From: Malacoraja senta
Taxonomy: Eukaryota
Length of the DNA: 64,000 nt
NCBI GenBank assembly: GCA_038087875.1
Contig: CM075997.1
Span: 5,520,001 to 5,584,000, forward strand
Direction: 5' to 3'
A program made the translations under genes and the position numbers. Under the pieces are notes generated by a model, which was given only the letters and a program-made list of their open reading frames with translations, ran no database searches and was not told where the DNA came from. Of this stretch, positions 1 through 12,122 are shown piece by piece; the first letter of the stretch is position 1; the number at the start of each line of letters is the position of its first letter.

Positions 1-775
1 CCCCAAAACAATGACAATGGAGTCTGGGAAGTCACTCTCTACTTCATTACCTGGTCAGCGAGTTGCGTTTGCCCCTCACGTACGTAGGCTTGGGGGGGGG
101 GGGGGGGGGAATGTAAACTCCAGCGAAAATAAAAGAGGTAAATTCCCTCAGAGAATAAAAGGGTTTGCAATTTATTAAAAAATATGCCAGATTAGGAGAA
201 CAGAAGTTAGACAGTACTGTGATGTCGCTGCACCAGCCCTGGTTATAGAAGCATATTCCACCGCCTCTTGATTTCCCCGCAGCCTCTGCTTCACGGTCCA
301 CTCTGTGTAGTTGAAAGCCAGCCAGTTGCAGCGTATTGTCCGGGGTCCACCCACACAGCCAGGTCTCGGTGAAGCACAGGGCAGCGGCTCGAGAGAAGTC
401 CTCGTTTGTTGTCACAGGAGTTGCAGTTCGTCCACTTTGTTGTTGAGAGAACGTAGGTTTGCAAGGAAGATACTCGGGAGTGGTGTGTGTGATCCTCGTC
501 GCCAGAGTCGAGTGAGTGCTCCAGAGCGCTCCCCCCAGGTTCTCCTCTCTCCCAAGACCTTGAACGCTGCCACAGCCACAGCCCCACCGACGAGTATGTC
601 CAAATAATCCAGCGAGTGAGAGAAATGCAGAACAATGTTTGGAGGTACCGAATATCTGATGTTTACCCCTCTCATGGAAGTGATCTTTGTGGGATTTTCA
701 CAGACAACACAAACGAACAAACACAGACAAAACAGCAAGGAGCAGTACACCGTGGCAGCCATCGTTGCCGCCAGT
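1..775 (-). mobile_element. Rex1/Babar-type LINE, 5' part (APE endonuclease), frameshifted
   Basis: ORFs 412-762 and 47-415 join into LPSIFLANLRSLNNKVDEL...LCFTETWL...SRGGGICFY...VYIPP, an APE N-terminus of Rex1/Babar style; runs off the window edge. Confidence 0.75.
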
Positions 776-786
776 TCTGTGACAAC

Positions 787-1135
787 TTCCCAAAGCCAAT
801 TAACCTACAAACCTGTAGGTCATCGGAGTGTGGGAGGAAACCAGAGCACCCGGAGAAAACCCACATGGTCACAGGGAGAACGTGAAAACTCCTGACTACG
901 TGTGCTGTCTGTACGGAGTTCGTACGTTCTCCCCGTGACCTGTGTGGGTTTTCTCCGAGATCTTCAGTTTCCTCCCACACCCCAAAGACGTGCAGGTTTG
1001 TAGGTTAATTGGCTTGGTATAAGTGAAAATTGTCCCTCATGTGTGTAGGATAGTGTTAGTGTGCAGGGATCGCTGGTCGGCACCGACTCGGTGCGTAGGG
1101 CCTGTTTCCACACTGTATCTCTAAACTAAACTAAA
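787..1135. mobile_element. Two partial HE1-like V-SINE pieces in opposite orientation (787-890 minus, 893-1135 plus)
   Basis: V-domain GGAGTT.GTACGTTCTCCCCGTGACC and tail CTGTATCTCTAAACTAAACTAAA. Confidence 0.75.
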
Positions 1136-1142
1136 GGTACAG

Positions 1143-1775
1143 AACAATAATAATAATAATAATAATAGATTTTATTTATATAGCGCTTTTCAGGACTCAA
1201 AGTCGCTTTACATTGAGAGTCAAGAATAAACAAAACAAAATAGAGCAGTAAGACAGAGATGCAAAGGGGAGGGAAACATGGGACTAAGGGTATGCAGAGG
1301 TGAAGAGATAGGTCTTGAGGCGGGACTGGAAGATGGTGAGGGACTCAGAATTTCGGACCAGTTGTGGGAGGGAATTCCAGAGCCTGGGAGCTGCCCTGGA
1401 GAAGGCTCTGTCTCCAAAAGTGCAGAGGTTTGATTTCGGAGTGGAGAGGAGACCAGCTGATGTGGATCTGAGGGACCGTGAGGGTTGGTAGGGGGAGAGG
1501 AGGTCAGTGAGATAAGGGGGGGGCCAAGTGGTTGAGGGCTTTGTAGGTGAGGACCAGGATTTTGTAGATGATCCGGTGGGAAATGGGAAGCCAGTGAAGT
1601 TCTTTGAGAACTGGGGTGATGTGGTGCCAGGATTTGGTGTGGGTGATGAGTCGGGCGGCTGCATTCTGGACCAGTTGGAGTCGGTTGTTGCTGCTGGAAT
1701 TGATGCCAAAGAGAAGAGAGTTACAGTAGTCCAGTCGGGAGGAGATGAAGGCATGGATGAGTCAGTGTATGATCC
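1143..1775 (-). mobile_element. L2-clade LINE 3' end
   Basis: PYLTDLLSPYQPSRSLRS...GDRAFSRAAPRLWNSLP C-terminus, 3' UTR ending in AATAAA and a (TTA)n tail at 1144-1166. Confidence 0.85.
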
Positions 1776-2167
1776 AGGAAACCTTCCTGCTCTTTCATGT
1801 TCACATTCAAAGAGCAAAACAAAACCTGAGCCAGCTCTTGTCTGTACTTTCCATTTCTATTTTGACATCAATACTAATTGTTAAACTTGAAATAAGTTTT
1901 ATTTGGAAGGTATATGCGGTAGCTTAAGATGCCAGATTGTTAATATCGAAAGGATTCAATAATTAAGGGTGGGGCGCTCAGGTCAAAGAGTATGGGGGGG
2001 TTTGGGGGGGGGGGTGGAAGGAAGAGGGACAATATTGAATATTTTTGTACCTTTGTGGTGGCGTGCCGGTTTGTTCGGTTGCGTAGCGAACCTTGCATAC
2101 CTGTACTGAATGCAAAGAATCTCACTGTACCAAGTGCACGTGATGATAAATTATCAATCAAATCAAT

Positions 2168-2468
2168 CACAGTGGGACAGCTGATAGAGCTGCTGCCTCA
2201 CGGCACTAGAGACTCGGGTGCTTTCTGAGTGGAGTTTGCAAGTTCTTCCTGTGACCGCGAGGGTTTCTTCCGGGTGCTCCGGTTTCCTCCCACATCCCAA
2301 AAAGACGTGCGGGTTTGTAGGTTAATTGGCCCTCTGTAAATTGCCCCTAGTGTGTAGGGCGTGAATGGGAAAGTGGGAATAACATAGAATGGGTGATCAC
2401 TGGTTGGTGTGGACTTAGTGGGCTACAGGGCCTGTTTACATGCTGTAGCTCTGAACTAAAACTAAACA
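2168..2468 (+). mobile_element. HE1-like V-SINE
   Basis: tRNA-like head, V-domain, CR1-type tail ending in CTAAA repeats. Confidence 0.8.
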
Positions 2469-2520
2469 AATATAGATTGACTGTATCACATGGTCTGTAA
2501 TAACTGTTGTTTCATATGGG

Positions 2521-2825
2521 TTCAGTTTAGTTTAGAGATCCAGCACGGAAACAGGCCCTTAGGTCCACCGAGTCCGCGCCGACCACGATCCCCGCACACT
2601 AATACTATTCTACACACACTAGGAAAAATGTTACATTTACACATTTATTTATCAAGCCAATTAACCGACAAACTTGTTCATCTTTGGAGTGTGGAAGGAA
2701 ACTGAAGATTTTGGAGAAAATGTACAAACTCCGTACAGGCAGCACCCATAGTCAGGATCGAACCGGGGTCATGGGCGCTGCAAGCACTGGAAGCAGCAAC
2801 TCTACCGCTGCGCCACCGTGCCGCC
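2521..2825 (-). mobile_element. HE1-like V-SINE
   Basis: Reverse complement of GGCACGGTGGCGCAGCGGTAGAGTTGCTGC head through the CTAAAC tail. Confidence 0.8.
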
Positions 2826-2896
2826 AAATTGTTTTTTTATTGGGTTGTAAAATTTATCTTTTTGCACATAGGAAACTGGGAATAAACAAAATATCT

Positions 2897-3178
2897 TTCC
2901 CACGGTAGCGGTATCACGAACAACACTGTACAAGATCATGATAGTGTACAAAATCATGAGAGGAATAGATCGGGTAGATGCATACAGTCTCTTGCCCAGA
3001 GTAGGGGGATCGAGGACCAGAGGACATTGGTTTAAGGTGAAGGGGAAAATATTTAATAGGAATCCGAGGGGTAACTTTTTCACACAAAGGGTGGTGGGTG
3101 TATGGAACAAGCTGGCAGAGGAGGTAGTTGAGGCTGGGACTATCCCAACGTTTAGGAAACAGTTAGACAGGTACATGG
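2897..3178 (+). mobile_element. CR1-clade 3' fragment with a ~50 nt non-CR1 leader
   Basis: YKIMRGIDRVDA...TRGH...NFFTQRVVGVWN; the same leader occurs at 17910-17958. Confidence 0.8.
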
Positions 3179-3549
3179 AGATTCCCAGCTTGGCCTGTGG
3201 ACTTCGGGAGCCGCGGTCTCCGGTAAGAAGTGGCCGATTCGGAAACTCCAAGCCGCTGAGTGTGTTCTTCAGTTCCGACGCCGGAGCTCCGATCCTGAGT
3301 GGGTTGGAGTTGAGATAAGTTTTAAAATTTTAGACGTTTGAAGCTGGAAGTAACCTCCTGACAAATTACTTCTTCACACCGAAAGTCACAAAGGGTCTCG
3401 AACGGAAACATCACTCATTCCTTCTCTCCAGAGATGTTTCCTGTCCCACTGAGTTACTCTAGCATTTTGTGTCTATCTTCGGTTTAAACCAGCATCGGCA
3501 GTTCCTTCCTACACATTTCTTATGCATGACTCTGGTATGTGGACATTTA

Positions 3550-3815
3550 TAAAACATAGAGTGGTACAGGACAGGGACAGGCCATTTGGCCCACAAAGTC
3601 ACTGCCAAACATAATGCCAAGGTAACCTCACCATATCCCTCCATTCCCAGCATATCTAAAATCCTCTTAAATGCCACTATCATATCTGCCTCCACCACCA
3701 CCCCTGGCATCATGTTCCAGGCACCCACCACCCACTGTGTGAAAAATGTTGCCCCGCACATCTCCTTTAAACATTGCCCCTCTCACCTGAAAGCTGTGCC
3801 CTCTAGTCTTTAGCA
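3550..3815 (-). mobile_element. CR1-clade LINE 3' fragment
   Basis: TRGHSF...FFTQWVVGAWN motif plus 3' UTR. Confidence 0.7.
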
Positions 3816-4600
3816 GTTCCTCTGGGATGGATGGATATGGATTATGGATTATGTATAGGCAGCGAAGAGAACCTGGCACGGGCATTGCGGGCATGGTAGA
3901 GAACCTGGCACGGGCATTGCGGGCCGAAGGGCCTGTTCCTGTGCTGTACTGGTCTATGTGTAGAAACCAACTGCAGATGGAGTAACTCAGTGGGTTAGGC
4001 AGCATCTCTGGAGAAAATGGGTGGGTGATGTGTCAGGTCAGAACCCTCTTCAGGCTCAGTATCTGTTCCAAAGATGATCTTTGATCTGTACTGTTCTATC
4101 TGTACCCAGACCAACAGCTGCGTGACTTTGTTTTCAGGCTGCATTTCTCTCCCACTTTCAGTGAGAGTGTCACTGCAGAGTAAATGGTATGGAGCCAGTT
4201 CTGCCTTCTTTACCCCAGGTGAAACTATCAGATTGTGAGGCAAAGCACGGTACATTGGTATAGTGGCGTGGTGGCGCAGCGGTAAGCCCCTGTCCCACTT
4301 ATGTGTACTTAGCAGGCTAATTACGCGACCTCGTGGTCATGTTGAGGCGCGACGGTCCCGCAAAGGTCGCACGCGACTTCATGCGTCCGCACAGCTGTCT
4401 GGAGCGCGTGACGTCATTTGAAGATGGACACAAAATGCTGGAGTAACTCAGCGGGACTGGCAGCATCTCTGGAGAGAAGCAATGGGTGATGTTTTGGGTC
4501 GAGACTCTTCTTCACCCTTTGCTTCTCTCCAGAGGTGCTGCCAGTCCGCTGAGTTACTCCAGCATTTTGTGTCTATCTTCAATTTTCTTGGCCCCGCTCT

Positions 4601-7265
4601 TTTTTTTTTTTTTTTTGCCGTAAATGTTTTTTTTATTAGATTTTTAAACAAATGTACAATTTACAAGGAAGGGTAGAAAGCTCACACAATTTAAAAAACA
4701 TTTACACAAAACTATCAAATTAAAATATTAACATTTTTATCTATAATATATTCAACCTCCTGCGGTGACCAGCGTTCACAGAAGGCCTCCACAGTCCCCG
4801 TGGACACCGCGTGTTCCCTCTCTAGGGACACGCGGGCACGGACGTAACCCCGGAAAAGGGGCAGGCAGCCGACAGCTGTGCGGCCATCGACCGCCCGCTG
4901 CCTGGACCCACGAATGGCCATCTTGGCCAGGCCCAGGAGTAGTCCGACAGGGAGACCCCCTCCTCCCTCCCGACCCTCCCCCCTCTGTACCGGGTGCCCA
5001 TAGATTAATAGCGTTGGACTAAAATGTAGCCAAAACTTGAGGAGCAGCCCTTTCAGATACTCGAACATGGGCTGCAACCTCTCGCACTCTATATACACGT
5101 GGAACACGGTCTCTTCCTCACCGCAGAAATGACACGCAGGGGAAGAGTCCGTGAACCGGCTCAAGTACCTATTACAGGCCACGGCTTTGTGCAAAACTCT
5201 CCACCCCAGGTCCCCGATGTAAAGGGGGAGGACTCCCTTGTAGAGAGACCTCCACTGGGGACCGCTCCCCTCGTCAGGTGGTAACACGGACCGCCAGGGT
5301 GTGTCTGGACGGAAGACGAGGGCGAGGAAGTGGAGAGTGTGCAAGAGCAGCCTGTACAGTACACGCCTCTCCGCGCCACGGAATGGCACACTGGGCATCT
5401 CAGAAAGGCGGCTCATGTTGCATGGAGCCGGCTCTCGGGGAGGGTCATAGAATCATAGAATCATAGAAAGTAGGTGCGAGAGCAGACCACCAGGTCCATC
5501 GAGCCCGCACCGCCATTCGCTCATGGCTGAACACCAAACAAACAAACACCCCTACCCACAAACAGTAGACACAAGACACAGAACACAAGACACTACCCTC
5601 CCCTTTATACCGCTATCACCCCTCTCCACCCCAAGAACCGCGTGATCTCCTGGGGGAGGCAAAAAAACGGATAAAAACCCAGGTCCAATTCGGGAAAAAA
5701 ATCCGGGAAATTCCTCTCCGACCCCAATCCAGGCGATCGACACTTGTCCAGGAGATCACTCAGGTCTTACTATACTAACCCTACCTAGGTCCATATCCCT
5801 GCCCTCTCCCCGTAGCCCCTTATCCCCTTGGCAGCTAAAAAACCATCTATTTTAGACTTAAATATATTTAATGTTTCTGCTTCCACTGCTCCCTGGGGCA
5901 GTGAATTCCATAAATTAACCACCCTCTGGGTGAAGAAGTTCTTCCTCATCTCAGTTTTAAAAGAGCCCCCCCTTATTCTGCAACTATGTCCCCTAGTTCT
6001 AGTTTCCCCGATCATTGGGAACATCCTCGGTGCATCCACCCGATCAAGGCCCCTCACGCTCTTATATGTTTCAATGAGATCGCCTCTCATTCTTCTAAAC
6101 TCCAAAGAGTAGAGTTCCAGCCTACTTAACCTTTCCTCATATGTCAATCCCCTCATTGCAGGAATTAATCTTGTAAACCTTCGCTGTACTGCCTCCAGGG
6201 CCAGTACATCCTTTCTTAAGTATGGACCCCAGAACTGTACACAGTATTCCAAATGTGGTCTCACTAATACTGTGTACAGCTGCAGCAAGACCTCCGTGTT
6301 TTTATACTCAATCCCCCTAGCAATAAAGGCCAAAACTCCATTGGCCTTCCTGATAGCTTGCTGCACCTGCATACTAACTTTTAGTGATTCATGTACTATT
6401 ACCCCTAGATCCCTTTGCGTTGCATTACAGCGCAGCTCCTCCTCATTTAGAAAATAACTTGCCCTATCATTTTTTTTCCCAAAGTGAATGACTTCACATT
6501 TATTAGTATTAAATTTCATCTGCCAAGTTGTTGCCCACTCACCTAGCTTATCTATATCCTTTTGCAGACTCTTCCTATCCTCCTCATCCCCTACTTTTCT
6601 TCCCATTTTTGTATCGTCCGCAAATTTTGATATATTACACTTGGTTCCCTCCTCCAAATCATTTATATAAATTGTGAACAACTGGGGTCCCAGCACCGAC
6701 CCTTGCGGAACCCCGCTAGTTACCGGTTGCCATCCCGAATATGAACCATTTATCCCCACTCTCTGCTTCCTATTTGTTAGCCAATCCTCTACCCATGCTA
6801 ATATATTACCCCCAATCCCATAATTTTTTATTTTTAGCAATAGTCTCTTATGTGGCACCTTGTCAAAAGCCTTTTGGAAGTCCAAGTATACCACATCCAT
6901 CGGTTCCCCTTTATCCACCCGGGTTGTTACTTCCTCAAAGAATTCGAGCAGATTTGTTAAACAGGACTTCCCCTTCACAAAACCATGCTGGTTCTGTCCG
7001 ATGAAGTCATGTCCATCCAAGTGCCCCGTTAGTGTTTCTTTAATAATGGGCCCTATGAACAATTCCGACTGAGCGGGGGTAAGCTCGTCCGGAATCGCTC
7101 CATGCACACGCCTCTCCTCGACACCCACCGTCACAGCCACGACACCCCCCTCCCCCTGAGGAGCAGGGCCCTGGCTGAAGTTGACCAAATTCCTGGCCTT
7201 CAGGAGTTCACGGTAAAAGCCAGGCAACTCCTGCCTAGCGCGTCGACTCATGCGCGCTACCAGGA
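4601..7265 (-). mobile_element. 5'-truncated Tx1-clade LINE (ORF2 C-terminus, 3' UTR, polyA), interrupted by a CR1
   Basis: Near-identical to 51650-52723; CHFCGEEETVFHVYIEC zinc motif; polyA at 4601-4616; 14-bp TSD AGAGCGGGGCCAAG at 4587-4600 and 7266-7279 (minus strand). Confidence 0.9.
5446..7045 (-). mobile_element. 5'-truncated CR1-clade LINE with an open RT C-terminal frame, nested in Tx1
   Basis: YLDFQKAFDKVPH, GVPQGSVLGP, KFADDTK; ~330 nt 3' UTR ending in (TTCTATGA)n. Confidence 0.92.
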
Positions 7266-7625
7266 CTTGGCCCCGCTCTGGGAGTAGGAGTGGGGGCGGA
7301 TCCGGACCCCAACGGCCGTGAGCCCCAGGCCGAGTTGGACGATTGTTTGCCTGCTTCTGCTGCTGTTGGAGGTGAGACGTTGCGTCGCGCCAGGGTCTTG
7401 GGCCTGTCCCACTTTGGCCGTCAGCTACGCGACAGGCCGGTGGCGCGCGAAGATTTTGTTCGCTTCAAAATTTCGGAGCCCCGCGCGATACCGCACACAA
7501 CTACATACCCCTCCGCGCTTCTCAGTGGGACCGGCCCCGCGCGGCCACACGATGCCCGTGCGCCACAACGCGACGACGAGGTCATGTAATTTGCGTGCCA
7601 AGGACACGTAAGTGGGACAGGGCCT

Positions 7626-7869
7626 GTAGAGTTGCTGCCTGACAGCTCCAGATACCCAGGTACGATCCTGACCACAGGTGCTGTCAGTTTTCTCCGGGTG
7701 CTCCGGTTTCCTCCCACACTCCAAATATGTATAAATGTGTAGGTTAATTGGCTTGGTATGAATGTAAATTGTCCCGAGTGTGTGTAGGATAGTGTAAGTG
7801 TGTGGGGGTCAGCACAGACTCGGGGCGAATGGCCAGTTTCCGCGCTGTATCTCTAAACTAAACTAAACT
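7626..7869 (+). mobile_element. HE1-like V-SINE body (its head lies at 4264-4284, split off by the MITE)
   Basis: Continues GTAGAGTTGCTGCC... to CTGTATCTCTAAACTAAACTAAAC. Confidence 0.8.
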
Positions 7870-8967
7870 CAGTCCTGGATTATCTCAGCAAATCAGACAA
7901 CATCTGTGGAGGGAATGGACAGGCGATGATGTTTCATGTCAGGACACTTCTGCAGCCCAAAAGGTTGTGAAGATCCGTCCTGACCTGAATCGTGGCTTCT
8001 ACAGATGCTGCCTGACCCTCTGAGTTCCTCCAGCACTTTGTGTTTTGCTCAAGATTCAGGCATCTGCAGTTCCTTGCATCAGAAATGTGGGCAGATTTTT
8101 CTGAAATGATTGCAGGAAGTACTTGGAAAATCACTAACCGGCCTGAGGAACAATGATATAGAATATGCTAGCAATGCCTATTTAGGAAAACATTTTCAAT
8201 ATTCCAGTCTCAAATTGAATCGCCAAGGTGGCGCTTAGATATGGTGCGCTGATTGTGGGAATGACGGGGCTGGAATGACGTCCCGAAATCAGCCGTGACT
8301 AGCGGGACGTACCCAAGGGGAGCGCACCAAGAAAGGGCTGGAATTTGCGGTGCGCACCTTTATGGAAACAGGCCCTTCGGCCCAAGAATATTCTTTCAGC
8401 ATAATGGGGTCACATATCAGCACGGCAACAGGCCCTTCGGCCCAACTTGTCCTTGCCGACCAATATGCCCCATCCATGGGGGGTGGAGGGAGGGGATGGG
8501 AGTGGGGGAAAGGAATGAGACAGGGGAGGGTGGTGTCCCACCTGCCCACGTTTGACCAACATCTAAACCTTTCCTATCCATGTAAAATTAGGACGAGCAG
8601 TCATTAGGGTGAAACTTTCACACCTGCATTCTTTTAAACAACTCGCATGACAACGTTTCTGTAGTTCTGCAGCTACAAATGTACTGGGTGGTGGTGATGC
8701 TGTGTCCAGTTCATTTCTAATCCCGTCATTGCAGGTTCCGAGGCTGTATTTTATTACCTGGAGTGTAATGGTTGTGTAAAGGGACATCATGGGGAGGTGG
8801 CACTAAGCAACAAGGCAGTGATGAGGCAAAGGGGTTAAATAACCATGGGAATAGCTGGAGTGAAGCACTGATCAAGGCTCTGTAGACTGTAGAGGTTCTT
8901 GGTCTGGAGATGACTAAACAGGGGGGGGGGGGAGACAGTAGATCTCATCATAGTTGACAAAATGGAG

Positions 8968-9178
8968 GTGTGTAGGAATCAACTGCAGATGTTGGTTTAA
9001 ACTGAAGATAGACACAAAAGGTGGAGTAACTCGGCGGGTCAGGCAGAATCTCTGGATAAAAGGGATAGGTGACATTTCGGGTTGAGTCTGAAGAAGGGTC
9101 TCGACCCGAAACGTCACCTATTCCTTTTCTACAGAGATGCCGCCTGACCCACTGAGTTACTCCACCTTTTTGTGTCTA
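8968..9178. mobile_element. Penelope-derived fold-back repeat with a hammerhead-like core
   Basis: Inverted arms AGACACAAAAGGTGGAGTAACTC../..GAGTTACTCCACCTTTTTGTGTCT; flanks AAAATGGAGGTG and AAAATGGAAGTG. Confidence 0.7.
9088..9115 (+). ncRNA. Minimal type-I hammerhead-ribozyme-like motif
   Basis: CTGAAGA-A-GGGTC(TC)GACCC-GAAAC-GTC: core boxes, 5-bp stem II, minimal palindromic stem III, GUC triplet; stem I is weak. Confidence 0.55.
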
Positions 9179-9289
9179 AAATGGAAGTGGGGGCTCTGTA
9201 GCGCAATGGATAGTCTGTTGGACATCCAATGAAGAATAATCAAGTAACTCAAAGGTTATGGGTTTGAGTCCCACCAGTCGACATTTGGA

Positions 9290-9565
9290 GGTGGCCCTGT
9301 GGCCCAGCGGTAGAGTTGCTGCTTACAGTGCCAGAGACCCGGGTTCGATCCTGACTACCGGTGCTGTCTGTATGGAGTTGCTCCGTTCGTCCTATGACCA
9401 GCGTGGGTTTTCTCCAGGTGCTCCGGTTTCCTCCCAGAATCGAAAGGCGGGCATGTTTGTAGGTTTATTGGCTTTTGTACATTGCCCCTGGTGTGTAGGA
9501 CAGTGTATGGGGATTGGTGGCCGGAGTGGACTGTTTCAGTGCTGTATCTTTAAACCAAACTAAAC
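9290..9565 (+). mobile_element. HE1-like V-SINE
   Basis: Head with B-box GGTTCGATCC, V-domain and tail. Confidence 0.8.
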
Positions 9566-9789
9566 GGATATGAAATGGAGTATCTGGTGGTAACGTATCA
9601 AATAGCCCCATCACGCAGCAGAGATAGTGCAGATTACTGAGCTCCCAGTGCAGGGACGGTCCAGCTTAGACTAATATTATATTCACTAACCTGCATTGGA
9701 GGGAGTAGGGGAGGGGGTGGAGGGAGTTGGGGGATGGAGGGAGTGGAGTGGAGGGGAGGGGGTAGGAGACGAGGTGGAGGGAGTTATAA

Positions 9790-10655
9790 AGTATAAAGTT
9801 TCCTTTATTGTCATTCAAACTTTTAGTTTGAAGGAAATTACGTACCTTGTAGTCATGACAGAGAATAAAATAACAGAACGCACACTTAACACAGTTTAAC
9901 ATCCACCACAGTGAGTCTACCAGGCACCTCCTCACTGTGATGGAAGGCAAAAGTCTTAAAGTCCTTGTCTCTTCCTTCCTTGTTCTCCCTCTGCGTTGAG
10001 GCGATCCAGGCTTTTGATGTTGTGACCCCGCCGGGTGATGGTAAGTCCCGCGGCTGAATCCGAGCTCCGCGAACGGGCCGGTTCAAACTCCGCGTCCCGG
10101 GGCGGACGAAGCTGCCACCCTCCAGTCCAGCAGAAGAAGCTGTTGTTGCGGGAGCTCCGGAGAATCGGTCACCAACCTGGGACCTGCGAGCTCCCTGCGA
10201 GCTCCTGATATTGTCGTCCACTGGGGCCGCGGCCAAAGCCTCTGAGGCCCCAAAGTCGGGCTGCCGCCGCAGGGCCACCACAGCCCCGAAGTCGGGCCGC
10301 CGCCGCAACGCCACCACAGCCCCGAAGTTGGGCCAGCTTCGCAATGGTGAGTCCTGGCTCTGCCTCTGGACCCTCGAGGTCGGCCCCAGTTGCAGGCCGC
10401 CAGCTCCGCGATTAGGCCTCAGCGCAGATGGAGACGGAGACGGAGACGGAGACGGAGACGGAGACGGAGACGGGGGATACGACAAAGAAAAGGTTGCACC
10501 CCCCCAATGGAAGACTAAAAAGAAGTTCCCCCACACATACACAACTAAAATAAACTAAAACATACGTCCAACAAGACAAAAGAAAACAAAAAAAAAGGAA
10601 AAGACAGACGGACTGCAGGCGAGCTGCAGCTGTATGGCAGCGCAGCCACTTCCTG
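9790..10655 (-). mobile_element. Non-autonomous GC-rich retroposon (ends shared with 35450-36270)
   Basis: Minus-strand 5' end ..CTCGCCTGCAG.C.GTCTGTC followed by a T-rich tract; 3' end TGACAATAAA like the Rex1/Babar tails elsewhere in the window. Confidence 0.5.
10429..10471. repeat. (GGAGAC)n microsatellite
   Basis: About 7 tandem hexamers. Confidence 0.95.
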
Positions 10656-12122
10656 ATTGGGGAAGGGAGTGGGAGGAGGGGGTGGAGGGGGAGAGGGGGG
10701 AGTGGGGGATGGAGGGAGATGGAGGTGGTGTTGGGAGGGAGGAAGAGCTGGTCGAATGTCCAGACAACTTGGTCACAAATAGAATAACGAACTATGATGA
10801 CAATCATCACCTTTTCCTGTGGTATCCCAAAACACATTCTCTCATTAAACAAAGGATTGGATTATCAGCATGGCTGTTTCTTTTTTTCAGGTAAATAGAT
10901 AAATATTTAGAAGCAGAGTCAAAAATAGTCCAGAATAAAGATATTCCAAACCCAAAGTGGGTGCGTTAGGAAATGTACAGTCGTGGAGAGCGCACTGTGA
11001 GCAAACTTGTCCCATTGACAGTTCCCTCTGCTCATTAATTGCACAAAGCAGCATTCATTCCATTGATCACGACTGCCACTAAGCTCCTTGTAAAATACTG
11101 ACTGGGATTTAGTTTGCTCCAGAAGTGAATGATCTTTTGGACTTTGTTCCTGTCCACAAAGTCTCAGTTGTTGACAGTTATCCATTCCCACTGTGTTGAG
11201 TTTGATGGAGACATAGAAAATACCAGAGAGGATTAAGATTCTTAAAAGGTTTTAATTCTCTTATTTCATGTCCATCAAGTAACATCAGTGACCAGGGACT
11301 CTTGAATGTAAAACGTCAACTTCATTCATCTGTCTGCTCCCTGTTGTCAAGTGAAAGATTAAATCATAGCCTTATATTTTATTTTCTCCTCAATTTCAAC
11401 AACTCTTTGCTAACATCTAAGGCTGTAAGCATTTAGTCACTATTTTTGCAGTTCTGTATTTCATTGTTTTTACTTGAAAGAAAAAGTCTTGCCCATTTTC
11501 TGTGTTTATTGTTCACTTGCATAAGTGGAGAAAATCTGGACCAAATTATATCCAAAAAAAAACACTTGCGATATTTACAGAAAATTATTTTTAGACTGTT
11601 CAGAATATAAAATGAGACCGTCACCAATTTACACACTTGACATAGAGAGGCTTCCTGATGAGGCCCACAAATGTTGGTGGGACAAAATCTGGGTTAGAAA
11701 CATAGAAAATAGGTGCAGGAATAGGCCATTTGGCCCTTTGAGCCAGCACCACCATTCAATATATTATCATGGCTGATCATCCAAAATCTGTACCCTGTTC
11801 CTGCTATCTCCCCATATCCCTCGATTCCATTAGCCCTACGAGCTAAATTTAACTCTCTCTTGAAAACTCAGTTGATTTGGTGAGTTTTCATACTTACTAA
11901 ATTTATCATAATTTATCATAAATTTAGCAAAACAAATGGCAAGACCCTAAACAGCATCGATGTACAGAGAGATCTTGAGGTCCATAGCAGTACATAGCTC
12001 CCTGAACGAGGCAACTCAAGTAGATACGGTAAAGAATATGTATGGTATGCATGTCTTCATCAGTCGAGACTGTGGAGGCCAAGTCAGTGGATATTTTTAA
12101 GGCAGAGATAGATAGATTCTTG

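Larger units (their letters stand above)
4285..7625. mobile_element. PIF/Harbinger-type MITE, copy A, hosting a Tx1 LINE; inserted in a V-SINE head
   Basis: TIRs AGCCCCTGTCCCACTTATGTGT.. and ..GGACACGTAAGTGGGACAGGGCCT; 3-bp TSD GTA (4282-4284, 7626-7628) splits the SINE head GGCGCAGCGGTA|GAGTTGCTGCC. Confidence 0.8.

Noticed and set aside
4138..4218. Plus-strand exon candidate
   Set aside because: Weak donor (GTGAAA) and no recognisable protein
5785..7251. 488-aa ORF as a novel gene
   Set aside because: Chance in-frame junction of Tx1 ORF2 and CR1 RT
4601..7265. Tx1 copy A as a segmental duplication or deletion derivative of copy B
   Set aside because: Different MITE flanks and TSDs, MITE arms far more diverged than the Tx1 parts, and a TSD right at the truncation point
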